From the NCBI GenBank assembly GCA_012518315.1, contig JAAYSL010000076.1, positions 1 to 61,130 of the forward strand: 61,130 nucleotides of DNA. The letters run 5' to 3'. Shown here piece after piece: positions 1 through 9,308 of the stretch. How positions within the stretch are numbered: the stretch's first letter is position 1; each line of letters opens with the position of its first letter. Made by a program: the position numbers and the translations under genes. The stretch comes from Bacillota bacterium (GTDB lineage Bacteria; Bacillota; Limnochordia; DTU087). A model generated the notes under the pieces. That model was not told the DNA's origin. It worked only from the letters and a program-made list of their open reading frames with translations, and searched no databases.

Positions 1-1531
1 GTGTCCCTGGTAGAAGACGTGACAAAACTGCACCAGCGAACAAAGCCACCCCACCTACCGTCACTACCCAGATAACCAATGCCATTGGTTGGTGGGAGAG
101 AAGAGCTAAGATTACACCCAATTGGGCCGAACACGGTATGGCCAAGGCCAAGATGAAGGTGGCTATAATTCTTTCCCGCCGAGTCTCCAGAGTGCGAGTC
201 ACCAATGTCGCCATCGTGCCACAACCAAAGCCCAATGTAAGGGGGATAACAGCCCTCCCACTCAGGCCAAATGCCTTAAACACTCGATCCAGTAAAAAGG
301 CTAACCGCGGCAAGTATCCAGAATCCTCTAGAAGAGCAAAACTGGCAAAGAACGTTGTTACAATGGGAAACACCACCGCTATGGCATACCTTACTCCCAA
401 GGTAAGAACACCGAATTCATGGGCTAGCAGTTCTCGAACTAGCGGATTTGCCACTAACCGGTCTACCAGATGGTTGACAAAGGGGTTAAACAGGTTGGAA
501 AAGACCTGCCTATCGAGGATATCTACAAGAGTCCCCGCTCCAAAGATCCCGACAAATCGATACAAGAATAGATAGATGATCAAAGCCAGCAGGGGTAAGC
601 CGGTTAGGGGTTCTAAGGTGAGAGTATCCAGCCATTGGCGCCTAAGTAGCCCACCCTTTTTCCCTATAGGCAAGCGGAAAACATCGCTGAGCAGCAGTTC
701 ACCTGTCTGTCTGCGAGCTGCAGCTATTGTCAATGGGACATAGTTGGCTTGCTCAAACTCCTTTTGGCCAACCACTAACCCACTGCCATTTTCCCTCTGC
801 GGCACTTTTCGTAACAGTGCCAAGAGATTGCGGCGATCCTCGGGACGCAGCCAACCGAGGACCTCTTCATCTCCCTCCAAAGCCAAGAGTGTAATAGCTT
901 TGGGCGTCCAGGGATATGATGCAGAGAGTACCTGCTGGGCTTTGCTGAGGTAGTCACCGATCACAGCCGGGTAGGCTACCACGGCCGCTTTGATCATCTG
1001 GGCTGGCTTGAGAAAACCTCCCTGGCTACCATGGTCTTTAGATCGACGCAGTTCCCGAGCCACCAGTTCCTCCAGCTGGGAAATGCCCTGTCCCGATGTG
1101 CCTACTGTAGTCACGCACGGTATGCCAAGCCGTCGCTTGAGGCCCTCTACATCCACGATCAACCCTAGACGTTCCGCCTCATCGAACATGTTTAGCACAA
1201 GAATCAGTCGATATCCCGCCTCCACCAGGGCAATGGTTAAGGGCAAGGCCCGCTCCAGGTTCTTAGTGTCAACTACATGCAGTAGTACGGTAAACTCTTC
1301 CTTCCACAAGAGACGCCGGGTGACCGCCTCTTCCTCGGTACTGGGTAGCAGGCTATAAATCCCCGGTGTATCCACAACCTCCACCACTGTGTTTCCCAGC
1401 AAAGCATCTCCCCTGGCAATCTCAACGGTAGTGCCTGGATAGTTTGAGACGGCTGCATAGCGACCGGTTAACCAATTAAAGATGACACTCTTACCCACAT
1501 TAGGAGAGCCAACCAATCCAATCCTGTGCAA
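1..1531 (-). CDS. feoB: Ferrous iron transporter FeoB (G-domain plus start of membrane domain); 3' end runs off the window start
   Basis: Absent from the ORF track because it has no in-window stop. Reverse translation from TTG at 1531 (GGGGGG Shine-Dalgarno 7 nt upstream) gives MHRIGLVGSPNVGKSVIFNWLTG..VVDTPGIYSL..LVLNMFDEAE. These are the G1 GxPNxGKS, G3 DTPG and G4 NMxD motifs of FeoB. Hydrophobic segments follow (LPLLALIIYLFLYRFVGIFG..). Plus-strand ORFs 138..575, 744..953 and 990..1358 are its antisense shadows. Confidence 0.85.
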   Translation of the reverse strand, partial: MHRIGLVGSPNVGKSVIFNWLTGRYAAVSNYPGTTVEIARGDALLGNTVVEVVDTPGIYSLLPSTEEEAVTRRLLWKEEFTVLLHVVDTKNLERALPLTIALVEAGYRLILVLNMFDEAERLGLIVDVEGLKRRLGIPCVTTVGTSGQGISQLEELVARELRRSKDHGSQGGFLKPAQMIKAAVVAYPAVIGDYLSKAQQVLSASYPWTPKAITLLALEGDEEVLGWLRPEDRRNLLALLRKVPQRENGSGLVVGQKEFEQANYVPLTIAAARRQTGELLLSDVFRLPIGKKGGLLRRQWLDTLTLEPLTGLPLLALIIYLFLYRFVGIFGAGTLVDILDRQVFSNLFNPFVNHLVDRLVANPLVRELLAHEFGVLTLGVRYAIAVVFPIVTTFFASFALLEDSGYLPRLAFLLDRVFKAFGLSGRAVIPLTLGFGCGTMATLVTRTLETRRERIIATFILALAIPCSAQLGVILALLSHQPMALVIWVVTVGGVALFAGAVLSRLLPGT

Positions 1532-1603
1532 TGCTCATCCCCCCGTTCGGGATTTCGCCGAACCGAATAAGTGTGTTACCACAACTAGGTGGCCTTCGCT
1601 GGA

Positions 1604-1834
1604 TCATATGGACGATTTCCTGGGTTTATTCCTTTTAATGCCAATAGCTAGCCAGGTGAAGCTATGCAGCCGGTTTACCAAAACGAAGACTTTCTGCCAC
1701 ACTTCTTTCCCTCCGGGGCATATCCCACACCAAGTGAGCCAAACTATTAACACTAGATTCTGATGGGAGGTAAAGATATGCGGCAGTTCAGGGAGCCTGA
1801 AACCCAATGGGATCAACACCGGCCACAAGGACAC
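1604..1834 (-). CDS. Possible FeoA-like small protein upstream of feoB
   Basis: 76-aa ORF lying 72 nt upstream of feoB on the same strand. The segment LTWCGICPGGKEVWQK resembles the FeoA L-x-x-G-I-x-P-G-x-x-V core. The sequence is Trp-rich and divergent, and its 5' end overlaps the divergent BON gene start. Confidence 0.4.
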   Translation of the reverse strand: MSLWPVLIPLGFRLPELPHIFTSHQNLVLIVWLTWCGICPGGKEVWQKVFVLVNRLHSFTWLAIGIKRNKPRKSSI

Positions 1835-2341
1835 CCCCGTCCCCGGGAACCTCGCCTACCAGATATGGAACTCAAAGCTAGACCTTCAGACGGTAACCAG
1901 TCAAATGAGGGGTTACGGGGTAAATTGCAGGAGGCACTAAGGCAAGATCTAAACCTACGGGGCTATGGTCTCGAGGGAAATGTGATCGATGGAACAGCCC
2001 GGGTGCAAGGTGTCGTGGATACTTTGGCGGAGAAACTGTACATTAGGGAACTAGTATCCACCATACCCGGTATCTTGGGCTATGAAGATGGGGTAAGTAT
2101 TAGTACCGATGGAGCCATCACCGATAGCCAAGTGGAGATGGAGATTAGCGAAGAGCTAGGCTTAGATCCCGTCTTAGGTGGCAATGTAGGGGTCGAGGTG
2201 TGTGATGGTATAGCCTATCTCATGGGCAAAGTCTCCTCCAAAGATGCGGAAGTGCTGGCAATGCGCCTTGCCAGCACCGCCCGGGGAATTGTCTCAGTGG
2301 TAAGCCAGCTGCAAGTCGACCCGTATCTGGAAAGTCCGTAA
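1778..2341 (+). CDS. BON-domain protein (two BON-like repeats) with charged N-terminal tail
   Basis: ORF 1763..2341. ATG at 1778 sits 7 nt after GGGAGG. Two repeats fit the BON pattern x-DG-x-a-x-L-x-G-x-V: NVIDGTARVQGVVDT.. and VEVCDGIAYLMGKVSSKD..GIVSVVSQLQV. Confidence 0.55.
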   Translation: MRQFREPETQWDQHRPQGHPRPREPRLPDMELKARPSDGNQSNEGLRGKLQEALRQDLNLRGYGLEGNVIDGTARVQGVVDTLAEKLYIRELVSTIPGILGYEDGVSISTDGAITDSQVEMEISEELGLDPVLGGNVGVEVCDGIAYLMGKVSSKDAEVLAMRLASTARGIVSVVSQLQVDPYLESP

Positions 2342-2347
2342 GCACCC

Positions 2348-2405
2348 CAGGGCACCGGCTGAACTTGTCATCCTGTGCCCTGACTCTGCTGTTTTGTTTT
2401 TTTTG
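2348..2405 (+). terminator. Stem-loop plus T-tract between the convergent BON and HD genes
   Basis: CAGGGCAC (2348-2355) pairs with GTGCCCTG (2374-2381). The T-rich run GTTTTGTTTTTTTTG follows. Confidence 0.55.
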
Positions 2406-2425
2406 TAGCTAGTGACTCTGCAAAA

Positions 2426-3037
2426 CTAGAGACCTAGCTCCTTACTTATTCCCTGCATTGCTCTTAGACCCAAATCGATAAACTCCTCAAGCTCAAGGCC
2501 AATATCAGTGCACGTAGAGATGATGTCCCGGTCAGCCCCCCTGGCAAAGCTCTTTTCCTTAAAGCGGTTTAGCACAAATTCCACATCGATGGCACTTAGC
2601 TTCTTCTTGGGGTGAATCAAGGCCGCTGCCACTAGAAGCCCAGTCAAAGGGTCTGTCGCATAAAGGGCTTTATCCATCATAGATAAGCGTGGACCTTTGT
2701 CGGCGTGGGCTAGCACTGCTTGGATGATGGTAGGATCTACGTCTTCTGACTCCAAGAGCTTTGCCCCAATCAGGGCATGTTCTTCGGGAACATCCATGGT
2801 TTTTTCATAATCGATATCATGTAGCAACCCCGCGAGGCCCCAAGTCTCTTCATCCTCACCTAGATGGTGGGCAAGGTGATACATGATGGCCTCAGCTGCT
2901 AACATGTGCTTGATTAGATTCTTGGTCTTGACGTGTTGCTTGACTAAAGCCAAAGCTGCTTCTCTTTCCACAGGACTGAATCTCCTCTCACGTTTTGTCA
3001 GATAGGATTCGAGGGCAAGGGGATCTTTTCCTGCCAT
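2426..3037 (-). CDS. HD/HDIG-domain metal-dependent phosphohydrolase
   Basis: NLIKHMLAAEAIMYHLA..GLLHDIDYE carries the H..HD signature. The ATG at 3037 has no Shine-Dalgarno. A GTG at 2971 preceded by GAGAGGAGA (9-nt spacing) would give a 181-aa protein and is the likelier start. Confidence 0.75.
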   Translation of the reverse strand: MAGKDPLALESYLTKRERRFSPVEREAALALVKQHVKTKNLIKHMLAAEAIMYHLAHHLGEDEETWGLAGLLHDIDYEKTMDVPEEHALIGAKLLESEDVDPTIIQAVLAHADKGPRLSMMDKALYATDPLTGLLVAAALIHPKKKLSAIDVEFVLNRFKEKSFARGADRDIISTCTDIGLELEEFIDLGLRAMQGISKELGL

Positions 3038-3117
3038 AATTAAAGGGGGTAGCCACTTGTGGCCACCCCTCCCGCTCTTGTTAAGCTATTTGGTAAGCTA
3101 GATGCTGTTTAGCTTAG

Positions 3118-4884
3118 CTAACTCGCAGTACCCCTTTTAGTCTCTTCTTTAGCCTCTGGGTGCTCCACTTCACTATACTTTAGCCGTGGAACATAGTGGG
3201 TATGCAGTAGCTCGTGGGATTTCTCACCTAAAGGCTCCCGTAAGAACTCATCATAAAGCACCTTGATGGCAGGATTCTCATGGGACTTCCGCAGTGGCAT
3301 ATCCTTGTCAGCGGCATAGATGCCTGCCATCCGCTGTCTGCGAATGTCGGTATTAGTTGGGATAGGTTGACCTCCACCACCAATACAACCTCCGGGACAT
3401 GCCATGATCTCGATGAAATGGTATTCTGCCTTGCCTTGCTGGATGAGCTCCATCAGTTTGCGGGCGTTACCAAGTCCATGTGCCACCGCTACCTTCAATA
3501 CGGTACCATTTAGATTTACAGAAGCCTCTTTGATACCCTCTAGCCCCCGTACTTCTGTGAAATCCAGTTTGTCTAGAGACTCTTCTGTGACTACTTCGTA
3601 AGCAGTGCGCAAAGCCGCCTCCATTACACCACCGGTGGCACCGAAGATGACACCGGCTCCGGTACTAATTCCCATGGGAGCATCATATTCCCCGTCAGCC
3701 AAGTTGATAAAGTCAATACCTGCTTCCTTGATCATGCGGGCGAACTCCCGCACCGTTAGTACAATATCTACATCCTGATAGCCACTTGATTGCATCTCAG
3801 GCCTTTCTGCTTCGAATTTCTTGGCAGTACAAGGCATGATGGATACTGTAACGATCTTGCCCGGATCTAGTCCCGCTTTCTCGGGGTAGTAGGTCTTTGC
3901 TAGAGCCCCAAACATCTGTTGAGGGGACTTACAGGTGGAAAGATGATCCAAGTAGGCTGGAAACTGATGTTCAATGAACTTGATCCAGCCGGGACTGCAG
4001 GAGGTGATCATCGGCAGCTTCCCGCCGTTTTCTAAGCGCTGAAGCAATTCATTGGCTTCTTCGATAATAGTAAGGTCAGCAGTGAAATCAGTGTCGAAAA
4101 CCGCATCAAACCCTAGGCGCCGTAAGGCCGTCACCATTTTCCCGGTAACAATGGTACCAGGTTCTAACCCGAACTCCTCGCCCAAAGTAACTCGCACCGC
4201 TGGTGCCGTCTGTACCACCACATGAGTATCAGGATCAGCTAATGCCTTCCATACTTTCTCCGTATCGTCCTTCTCTACTAACGCTCCAACCGGGCATACC
4301 AAGACACACTGGCCACAATTCGTACAAGCGGTATTGGCCAGTTGCTCCTGCCAAGCGGGTGAAACCACAGTCTCAAAGCCCCGCTCCCTAGCTGCTAGGA
4401 TGTTAACACCTTGGATCTCACTGCAGACACTGATACAGCGGCGGCATAAAATACATTTATTTGGATCCCGAGCAATAGCAGGAGAAGAGGTATCCAACGG
4501 AAAGCTAGAGCGTGCCCCCTCAAAGCGCACTTCCCGGATATTGAGCTCGTGAGATAATTTTTGTAGCTCACAGTTTTGGTTCCGTAGGCAAGTCAGGCAA
4601 TCCTGGGGATGGTTAGATAGCATTAGTTCCACCGTTGTGCGCCTGGACTCCCGTACCAAAGGGGTATTGGTCTTAACCTCCATACCTTCACTTACAGGAA
4701 ATACGCAGGACGCCTGCAAACGACCCCCTATTTCCACAACACAGACTCGGCAAGAACCGGTCTGGCTAACATCTTTCAAATAACAAAGAGTGGGAATATG
4801 AATGCCAGCAGCTTCAGCCGCCTCCAAGACTGTTGAGTTGGCGGGCACTGTCACTTTCTGCCCATCAATTGTGAGGGTAACCAT
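3118..4884 (-). CDS. hydA: [FeFe]-hydrogenase catalytic subunit (HydA) of a trimeric NADH/ferredoxin-linked hydrogenase
   Basis: H-cluster motifs are present: ITSCSPGW, MPCTAKKFE and EIMACPGGCIGGGGQP. The N-terminus has a 2Fe-2S region and several CxxCxxC ferredoxin-like motifs. The start is re-called to ATG 4884 (MVTLTIDGQKV, after AAAGGGGCGAAGGA). The track ORF extends to 5013 only because it overlaps the hydB 3' end. Confidence 0.9.
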   Translation of the reverse strand: MVTLTIDGQKVTVPANSTVLEAAEAAGIHIPTLCYLKDVSQTGSCRVCVVEIGGRLQASCVFPVSEGMEVKTNTPLVRESRRTTVELMLSNHPQDCLTCLRNQNCELQKLSHELNIREVRFEGARSSFPLDTSSPAIARDPNKCILCRRCISVCSEIQGVNILAARERGFETVVSPAWQEQLANTACTNCGQCVLVCPVGALVEKDDTEKVWKALADPDTHVVVQTAPAVRVTLGEEFGLEPGTIVTGKMVTALRRLGFDAVFDTDFTADLTIIEEANELLQRLENGGKLPMITSCSPGWIKFIEHQFPAYLDHLSTCKSPQQMFGALAKTYYPEKAGLDPGKIVTVSIMPCTAKKFEAERPEMQSSGYQDVDIVLTVREFARMIKEAGIDFINLADGEYDAPMGISTGAGVIFGATGGVMEAALRTAYEVVTEESLDKLDFTEVRGLEGIKEASVNLNGTVLKVAVAHGLGNARKLMELIQQGKAEYHFIEIMACPGGCIGGGGQPIPTNTDIRRQRMAGIYAADKDMPLRKSHENPAIKVLYDEFLREPLGEKSHELLHTHYVPRLKYSEVEHPEAKEETKRGTAS

Positions 4885-4912
4885 TTCCTTCGCCCCTTTC
4901 TGTTCATTTGTC

Positions 4913-6706
4913 CTAGTGCCGACTAATGGCATCAAATGGGCATTTTTCTTGACAAGCACCACACTTCGTGCAAAGATCTGTGTCGATCTGGTGTGGCTCC
5001 CGTCTCTTACCACTAATCGCCCCTACCGGACAAACCTTTGTACAAAGGCCACAGCCACGGCACAATTCCGGGTCTACAACGAACTTCAGCAAAGCTATAC
5101 AATGACCGGCCGGGCAGCGTTTTTCCCGAATATGGGCCTCATATTCGTCTCTAAAGTAGTGAAGAGTACTCAAGACCGGGTTAGGGGCTGACTGACCAAG
5201 CCCACACAGCGAGCCTGCCTTAATAGCATGGGCAAGGGCTTCCAGTTTCTCAATATCTCCCTCTTCACCTTTACCTTCGGTGATACGGGTTAGGATCTCA
5301 AGCATTCTAGTAGTGCCAATACGACATGGGGTACACTTGCCACAGGATTCATCCCGGGTAAAGTCAAGGAAAAAGCGGGCTATATCTACCATACAGGTGT
5401 CCTCATCCATGACAATTAGCCCACCAGAGCCCATCATCGAGCCCACCTGTTTGAGTGATTCATAGTCTACATGGATATCTAGATGCTCCGTAGTCAAACA
5501 ACCACCGGAAGGGCCACCGGTTTGGGCTGCCTTGAACCGCTTACCATGTGGGATGCCACCACCAATCTCGAAGACTATCTCCCGCAGAGTTGTACCCATG
5601 GGCACTTCCACAAGACCGGTATTATTGATATCACCAGCGATGGCAAACACTTTCGTCCCCTTGCTCTTCTCGGTACCAATCCCCAAAAACCAATCGGCTC
5701 CATGAAGGATAATGGGACATATATTAGCATAGGTCTCTACATTGCTTAGCAGTGTGGGTTTTCCGAAGACACCCTTAACCGCCGGGAAAGGTGGCCGTGG
5801 CCGTGGTTCACCCCGTTTTCCTTCAATGGATGTTAAAAGTGCGGTTTCCTCTCCACAAACAAAGGCCCCCGCCCCAACCCGGATGCCGATATCAAAACTA
5901 AAATCTGTACCAAAGATGTTTTCTCCCAGCAACCCATAGCTCCGAGCCTGCTCAAGGGCCATAGAGAGCCGTTCTACTGCTAGTGGATACTCTGCCCTTA
6001 CATAGACAAAACCTTGCCTGGCTCCCACGGCATATCCAGCAATAGCCATGGCCTCAATCAGCGTGTGGGGGTCACCCTCAAGAATACTACGATCCATAAA
6101 GGCACCGGGATCTCCCTCGTCGGCATTACAGACAACGTACTTTTCCTCACCGGGGGCTTTGTAGGTAAACTCCCACTTGAGCCCGGTAGGAAAACCTGCT
6201 CCCCCCCGGCCTCTAAGGCAGGATTTCTTGATCTCGTCTATCACCTGCTCCTGGGACATTTCACTTAACACTTTGCCTAATGCGGCATATCCATCCCGAG
6301 CAATATACTCCTCTATCACTTCGGGATTAATCACACCAGTGTTTCTAAGGGCAATCCGGTATTGACGCCGAAAGAAATCCATATCCTCGGCCCGTTCCAC
6401 CAGTTCCTCACTTTGGGGCGCTTTATAAAGGAGCCTGCGAACGATACGCCCTTTCAGAAAGTGTTCATTTACAATCTCCCTGGCGTCATCCGGAGTTAAC
6501 TTCTGATAGAAAACCCCTTCAGGATAAACCACCATTACCGGCCCTAGATCACAGGTTCCGATACAACCTGTCTCTACCACTTTGACTTCTTCAGCAAGGC
6601 CTACCTGCTCCAGTTCATCTTGTAGGGCAGCCTCTACTGCCTTACAGTTAGAGGAGACACAGCCGGCGCCAGCACATACTAGAACATGAGTACGGTATTC
6701 TGCCAT
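4913..6706 (-). CDS. hydB: NuoF-like NADH-binding flavoprotein subunit (HydB)
   Basis: GRGGAGFPTGLKW matches the NuoF FMN/NADH site. ESCGKCTPCR is a 4Fe-4S motif. The N-terminus is thioredoxin-like 2Fe-2S and the C-terminus has 2x CxxCxxCxxxCP. Confidence 0.9.
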   Translation of the reverse strand: MAEYRTHVLVCAGAGCVSSNCKAVEAALQDELEQVGLAEEVKVVETGCIGTCDLGPVMVVYPEGVFYQKLTPDDAREIVNEHFLKGRIVRRLLYKAPQSEELVERAEDMDFFRRQYRIALRNTGVINPEVIEEYIARDGYAALGKVLSEMSQEQVIDEIKKSCLRGRGGAGFPTGLKWEFTYKAPGEEKYVVCNADEGDPGAFMDRSILEGDPHTLIEAMAIAGYAVGARQGFVYVRAEYPLAVERLSMALEQARSYGLLGENIFGTDFSFDIGIRVGAGAFVCGEETALLTSIEGKRGEPRPRPPFPAVKGVFGKPTLLSNVETYANICPIILHGADWFLGIGTEKSKGTKVFAIAGDINNTGLVEVPMGTTLREIVFEIGGGIPHGKRFKAAQTGGPSGGCLTTEHLDIHVDYESLKQVGSMMGSGGLIVMDEDTCMVDIARFFLDFTRDESCGKCTPCRIGTTRMLEILTRITEGKGEEGDIEKLEALAHAIKAGSLCGLGQSAPNPVLSTLHYFRDEYEAHIREKRCPAGHCIALLKFVVDPELCRGCGLCTKVCPVGAISGKRREPHQIDTDLCTKCGACQEKCPFDAISRH

Positions 6707-6787
6707 TGGTCATTACTCCCCCTTCACCAAGCCCGATCCTCTCCCCACCCCTACCGGTAGATCCGCGGTAGGGGGCATCCTTTGCCA

Positions 6788-7315
6788 TCAGGCTTTGCCG
6801 TTTTTCTCAGCCTGAATGTATTTGTCCAGTATTCCGGCAACATCCTCTGGAGTCAAACGCCCGTAGACATCATCACCTATAGTCATGACTGGCGCCAATC
6901 CACAGGCACCGACACAGCGAGTTACCTCCAGTGTAAAAAGACCATCTGCACTAGTTTTGCCAATATCAACGCCTACCTGTTTCTTCAGCTCTTCTAGAAC
7001 TGCTGCTGCACCTTTGACGTAACAGGCTGTTCCAAGACAAATGCCAATCTTGTACTTACCCCGAGGCTCTGATGTGAATAGAGAATAAAAAGTGATTACC
7101 CCATCAACCTCACTTAGGGGAACATCCAGACCTTCGGCAACAAGCACCTGTACATCATGGGGCAGATAGCCAAAGACTTCCTGAGCATGGTGCAGGACGG
7201 GGATCAAGGCCCCGGGCTGCCCTGCATACTGGGCAATGATTTCGCCTAGTCTCTTGTAGCGCTCATCCTGGGCTCTCAATGCGTGGCACTGACATCCTCT
7301 AGTTGCGGCTTCCAA
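6788..7315 (-). CDS. hydC: NuoE-like 2Fe-2S subunit (HydC)
   Basis: GICLGTACYVKG..VTRCVGACGLAPV carries the NuoE-type cysteine ligands. The track ORF starts at 7357. A TTG at 7315, 5 nt after GGGGAAGGAGAGAG, is the likelier start. Confidence 0.85.
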   Translation of the reverse strand: MEAATRGCQCHALRAQDERYKRLGEIIAQYAGQPGALIPVLHHAQEVFGYLPHDVQVLVAEGLDVPLSEVDGVITFYSLFTSEPRGKYKIGICLGTACYVKGAAAVLEELKKQVGVDIGKTSADGLFTLEVTRCVGACGLAPVMTIGDDVYGRLTPEDVAGILDKYIQAEKNGKA

Positions 7316-7394
7316 CTTAACTCTCTCCTTCCCCTTATAACCAAACAACGCGCGCAAGTTGGCAATTATTTAAGCATTTGCCACATTAAACTGC

Positions 7395-7423
7395 GATACA
7401 CCCCATCCGGCTTGGGGTGTATC
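7395..7423 (-). other. Perfect 11-bp stem-loop in the long hydCBA leader
   Basis: GATACACCCCA (7395-7405) pairs with TGGGGTGTATC (7413-7423) around a 7-nt loop. It lies between the predicted promoter and the hydC start. No clear U-tract follows. Confidence 0.45.
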
Positions 7424-7516
7424 AATCGTGAAAGTGATAATTATCACTCTCTTCTTCACAATAAATGGGGGTTTTCTCCCCGGAACCCGACAGACAGTAC
7501 CAGCAGAGCTCCATTG

Positions 7517-7534
7517 TTGTGAATTATATCACAA
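7517..7534 (-). promoter_or_regulatory. Rex (redox-sensing repressor) operator candidate
   Basis: TTGTGAATTATATCACAA has one mismatch to the published Rex consensus TTGTGAA-N4-TTCACAA. Read on the minus strand, it contains a perfect TATAAT. Confidence 0.6.
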
Positions 7535-7550
7535 GTTGCTCCTGCCACAA
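7523..7550 (-). promoter_or_regulatory. Putative sigma-A promoter of hydCBA
   Basis: The minus strand reads TTGTGG-N16-TATAAT, with -35 at 7545-7550 and -10 at 7523-7528. This implies a leader of about 200 nt. Confidence 0.45.
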
Positions 7551-7626
7551 TATACATTACCATATGACACTAATCAGTGTCAACGCTGCGCAGTCCAAAG
7601 CCAAACCCCAGAAGTGGCGCTCCAGC

Positions 7627-8418
7627 CTATTCTTCTCCAGTTCGTCTAGACACTAATCTTGCCGTCCCTTCCTTGGTTTGGTGACGCGCTTCAATGACGT
7701 AAATGGCAGTCCCAGCCCCGATGATCACAAGGAAGCTAAAGGCTTGGGCAACCTTGATTGGACCGAGAAGCAGCTGGCTCTCTCTAAAGACCTCTACTAT
7801 ACTCCGTAGAATAGAGTATAGGATGAGGTAAACCAAACCAAGATAACCGTCAAAACGGCCATGATGGCGCCTTCGATAAAGGTAGACAAACAGCAATAGG
7901 TTAGCAATTGATGCATAGATTTGAGTGGGATGGCGATGGCTCACATCCCCTAAAGCTACCGGTAATCCCACAGGCAAGTCCGTCACATACCCATAGCAGC
8001 AGCCATTGAGCAAACAGCCAATCCTAGCTATGGCAGTCCCTAAAGCAATGGCTGGAGCCACAAGATCTGCCATCTGCCAGGGACTGATTTGCCTACGGCG
8101 ACAGAACCAGATACCAGCAGCCACACCGAGTATGAGACCACCGTGAAAGGACAGACCTCCCTCGCGCAGCCGCAGGATCTCCCACGGATGCACACGATAA
8201 TATGGAAACTCCAATAAGACAAACCCCAGGCGAGCGCCAACTATCGATGCTACACACACCAATAGAGATAGATCCACCACGTGTTCGGGCTTTATTGCCC
8301 GTTCTTTGGCGATAGCTGCCGCGAAATATGTGGCAGCCAAAAAACCCAGAGCTAAAAAGAAGCCATAAGCATAAATACTAAGCGGGCCAATCTGCCATAG
8401 TATCGGTTTCACAAGCAT
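7627..8418 (-). CDS. lgt: Prolipoprotein diacylglyceryl transferase
   Basis: Polytopic membrane protein with REGGLSFHGGLILG and HPTQIYAS, which match the Lgt signatures. Confidence 0.85.
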   Translation of the reverse strand: MLVKPILWQIGPLSIYAYGFFLALGFLAATYFAAAIAKERAIKPEHVVDLSLLVCVASIVGARLGFVLLEFPYYRVHPWEILRLREGGLSFHGGLILGVAAGIWFCRRRQISPWQMADLVAPAIALGTAIARIGCLLNGCCYGYVTDLPVGLPVALGDVSHRHPTQIYASIANLLLFVYLYRRRHHGRFDGYLGLVYLILYSILRSIVEVFRESQLLLGPIKVAQAFSFLVIIGAGTAIYVIEARHQTKEGTARLVSRRTGEE

Positions 8419-8496
8419 CCCCCCACAGTCAATCTAGTTGTAATCTAGCTGTAATATAGATCTTCTTGGTGGGAGGTGCAACCCACCTAGTCGCTG

Positions 8497-9144
8497 CTAA
8501 GCACCGAGGATTTGCTGCATACTCTCCGGACATAGTCCGTAATAGTCGGCTATCTGAGCACCAATCTCATGCCAATTTCTTACCCGCAAGATTCCAGGCT
8601 TATCGGGGTATCCAAGGTTGTGGGGAGCTGACATAAGCAAAGACATAATCCCTTGGTCTCGAATATCCAGGCAATTGTCCCAGTAATCATCAACGAAGAG
8701 CTCAACCCCTAAGCGTCGGCATAGTATCCCTTTCTTGTCTTCAAACCATAGGCTATCGTGCTGAATAGCATGTTTGGTTAGCCACTGCTTAGTAACCTCT
8801 TGGTAGCACGGTTCTCTAGCGGTAACCAGGTGTACCGTAAAGCCGTGTTTATGGAGTGCGCTAAGCAACTCTCTGCTTCCTGCCTGGGGCTTTACTGCCC
8901 TAAATATCCCGGGCGCCCTCTCAGTCATAAACTCATCCACTTTCTCCAGTGATAGTCCATAGGCGGCAGTGAAAGAAAAGTTGGGCTCCAAAAGTCGCAG
9001 TTCAGGAAAATATGCTTCAATCTCCTGCTGCCAGATATTCTCGTCCCCCACCATCTCATCAGTAAGGACACCGTCTATATCAAAACCAACGACTCGGCGA
9101 AGGGACTGGCCATCTGTACCTGTGTGATGTCTGGTGAATTTCAT
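8497..9144 (-). CDS. HAD-superfamily 5'(3')-deoxyribonucleotidase-like hydrolase
   Basis: VVGFDIDGVLTD is the HAD motif I (DxDG). VDDYWDN is a motif-IV-like acidic pair. ATG follows AGGAGTGAAGGA. Confidence 0.6.
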   Translation of the reverse strand: MKFTRHHTGTDGQSLRRVVGFDIDGVLTDEMVGDENIWQQEIEAYFPELRLLEPNFSFTAAYGLSLEKVDEFMTERAPGIFRAVKPQAGSRELLSALHKHGFTVHLVTAREPCYQEVTKQWLTKHAIQHDSLWFEDKKGILCRRLGVELFVDDYWDNCLDIRDQGIMSLLMSAPHNLGYPDKPGILRVRNWHEIGAQIADYYGLCPESMQQILGA

Positions 9145-9308
9145 TCCTTCACTCCTGTCACTATGCTTTCATTTGGCTCGGCTATTCGAAGGAAGGTTTC
9201 AGGCTGCAACCCGTTAAGCCCTTGAGCGGCCATCAAGACCCTTGATCAATTCATCTAGAAGGAGTAATATTAAACCTGGTTACTATCACAAACAAGGAGG
9301 GTGCTACA

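Noticed and set aside
138-1358. Plus-strand ORFs 138..575, 744..953 and 990..1358 at the left edge
   Set aside because: All are antisense to the feoB reading frame, which carries clear G-domain motifs. Their Arg/Ser/Pro-rich composition is that of shadow ORFs.
1763-1834. Head-to-head overlap of the feoA-like and BON ORFs as a functional overlap
   Set aside because: It most likely arises from uncertain starts. BON probably starts at 1778 or later, and the feoA-like call is itself weak.
4885-5013. 43-codon N-terminal extension of hydA overlapping the hydB 3' end
   Set aside because: It is an artefact of longest-ORF calling. The conserved MVTLTIDGQKV start at 4884 has a proper Shine-Dalgarno and leaves a 28-nt gap after the hydB stop.
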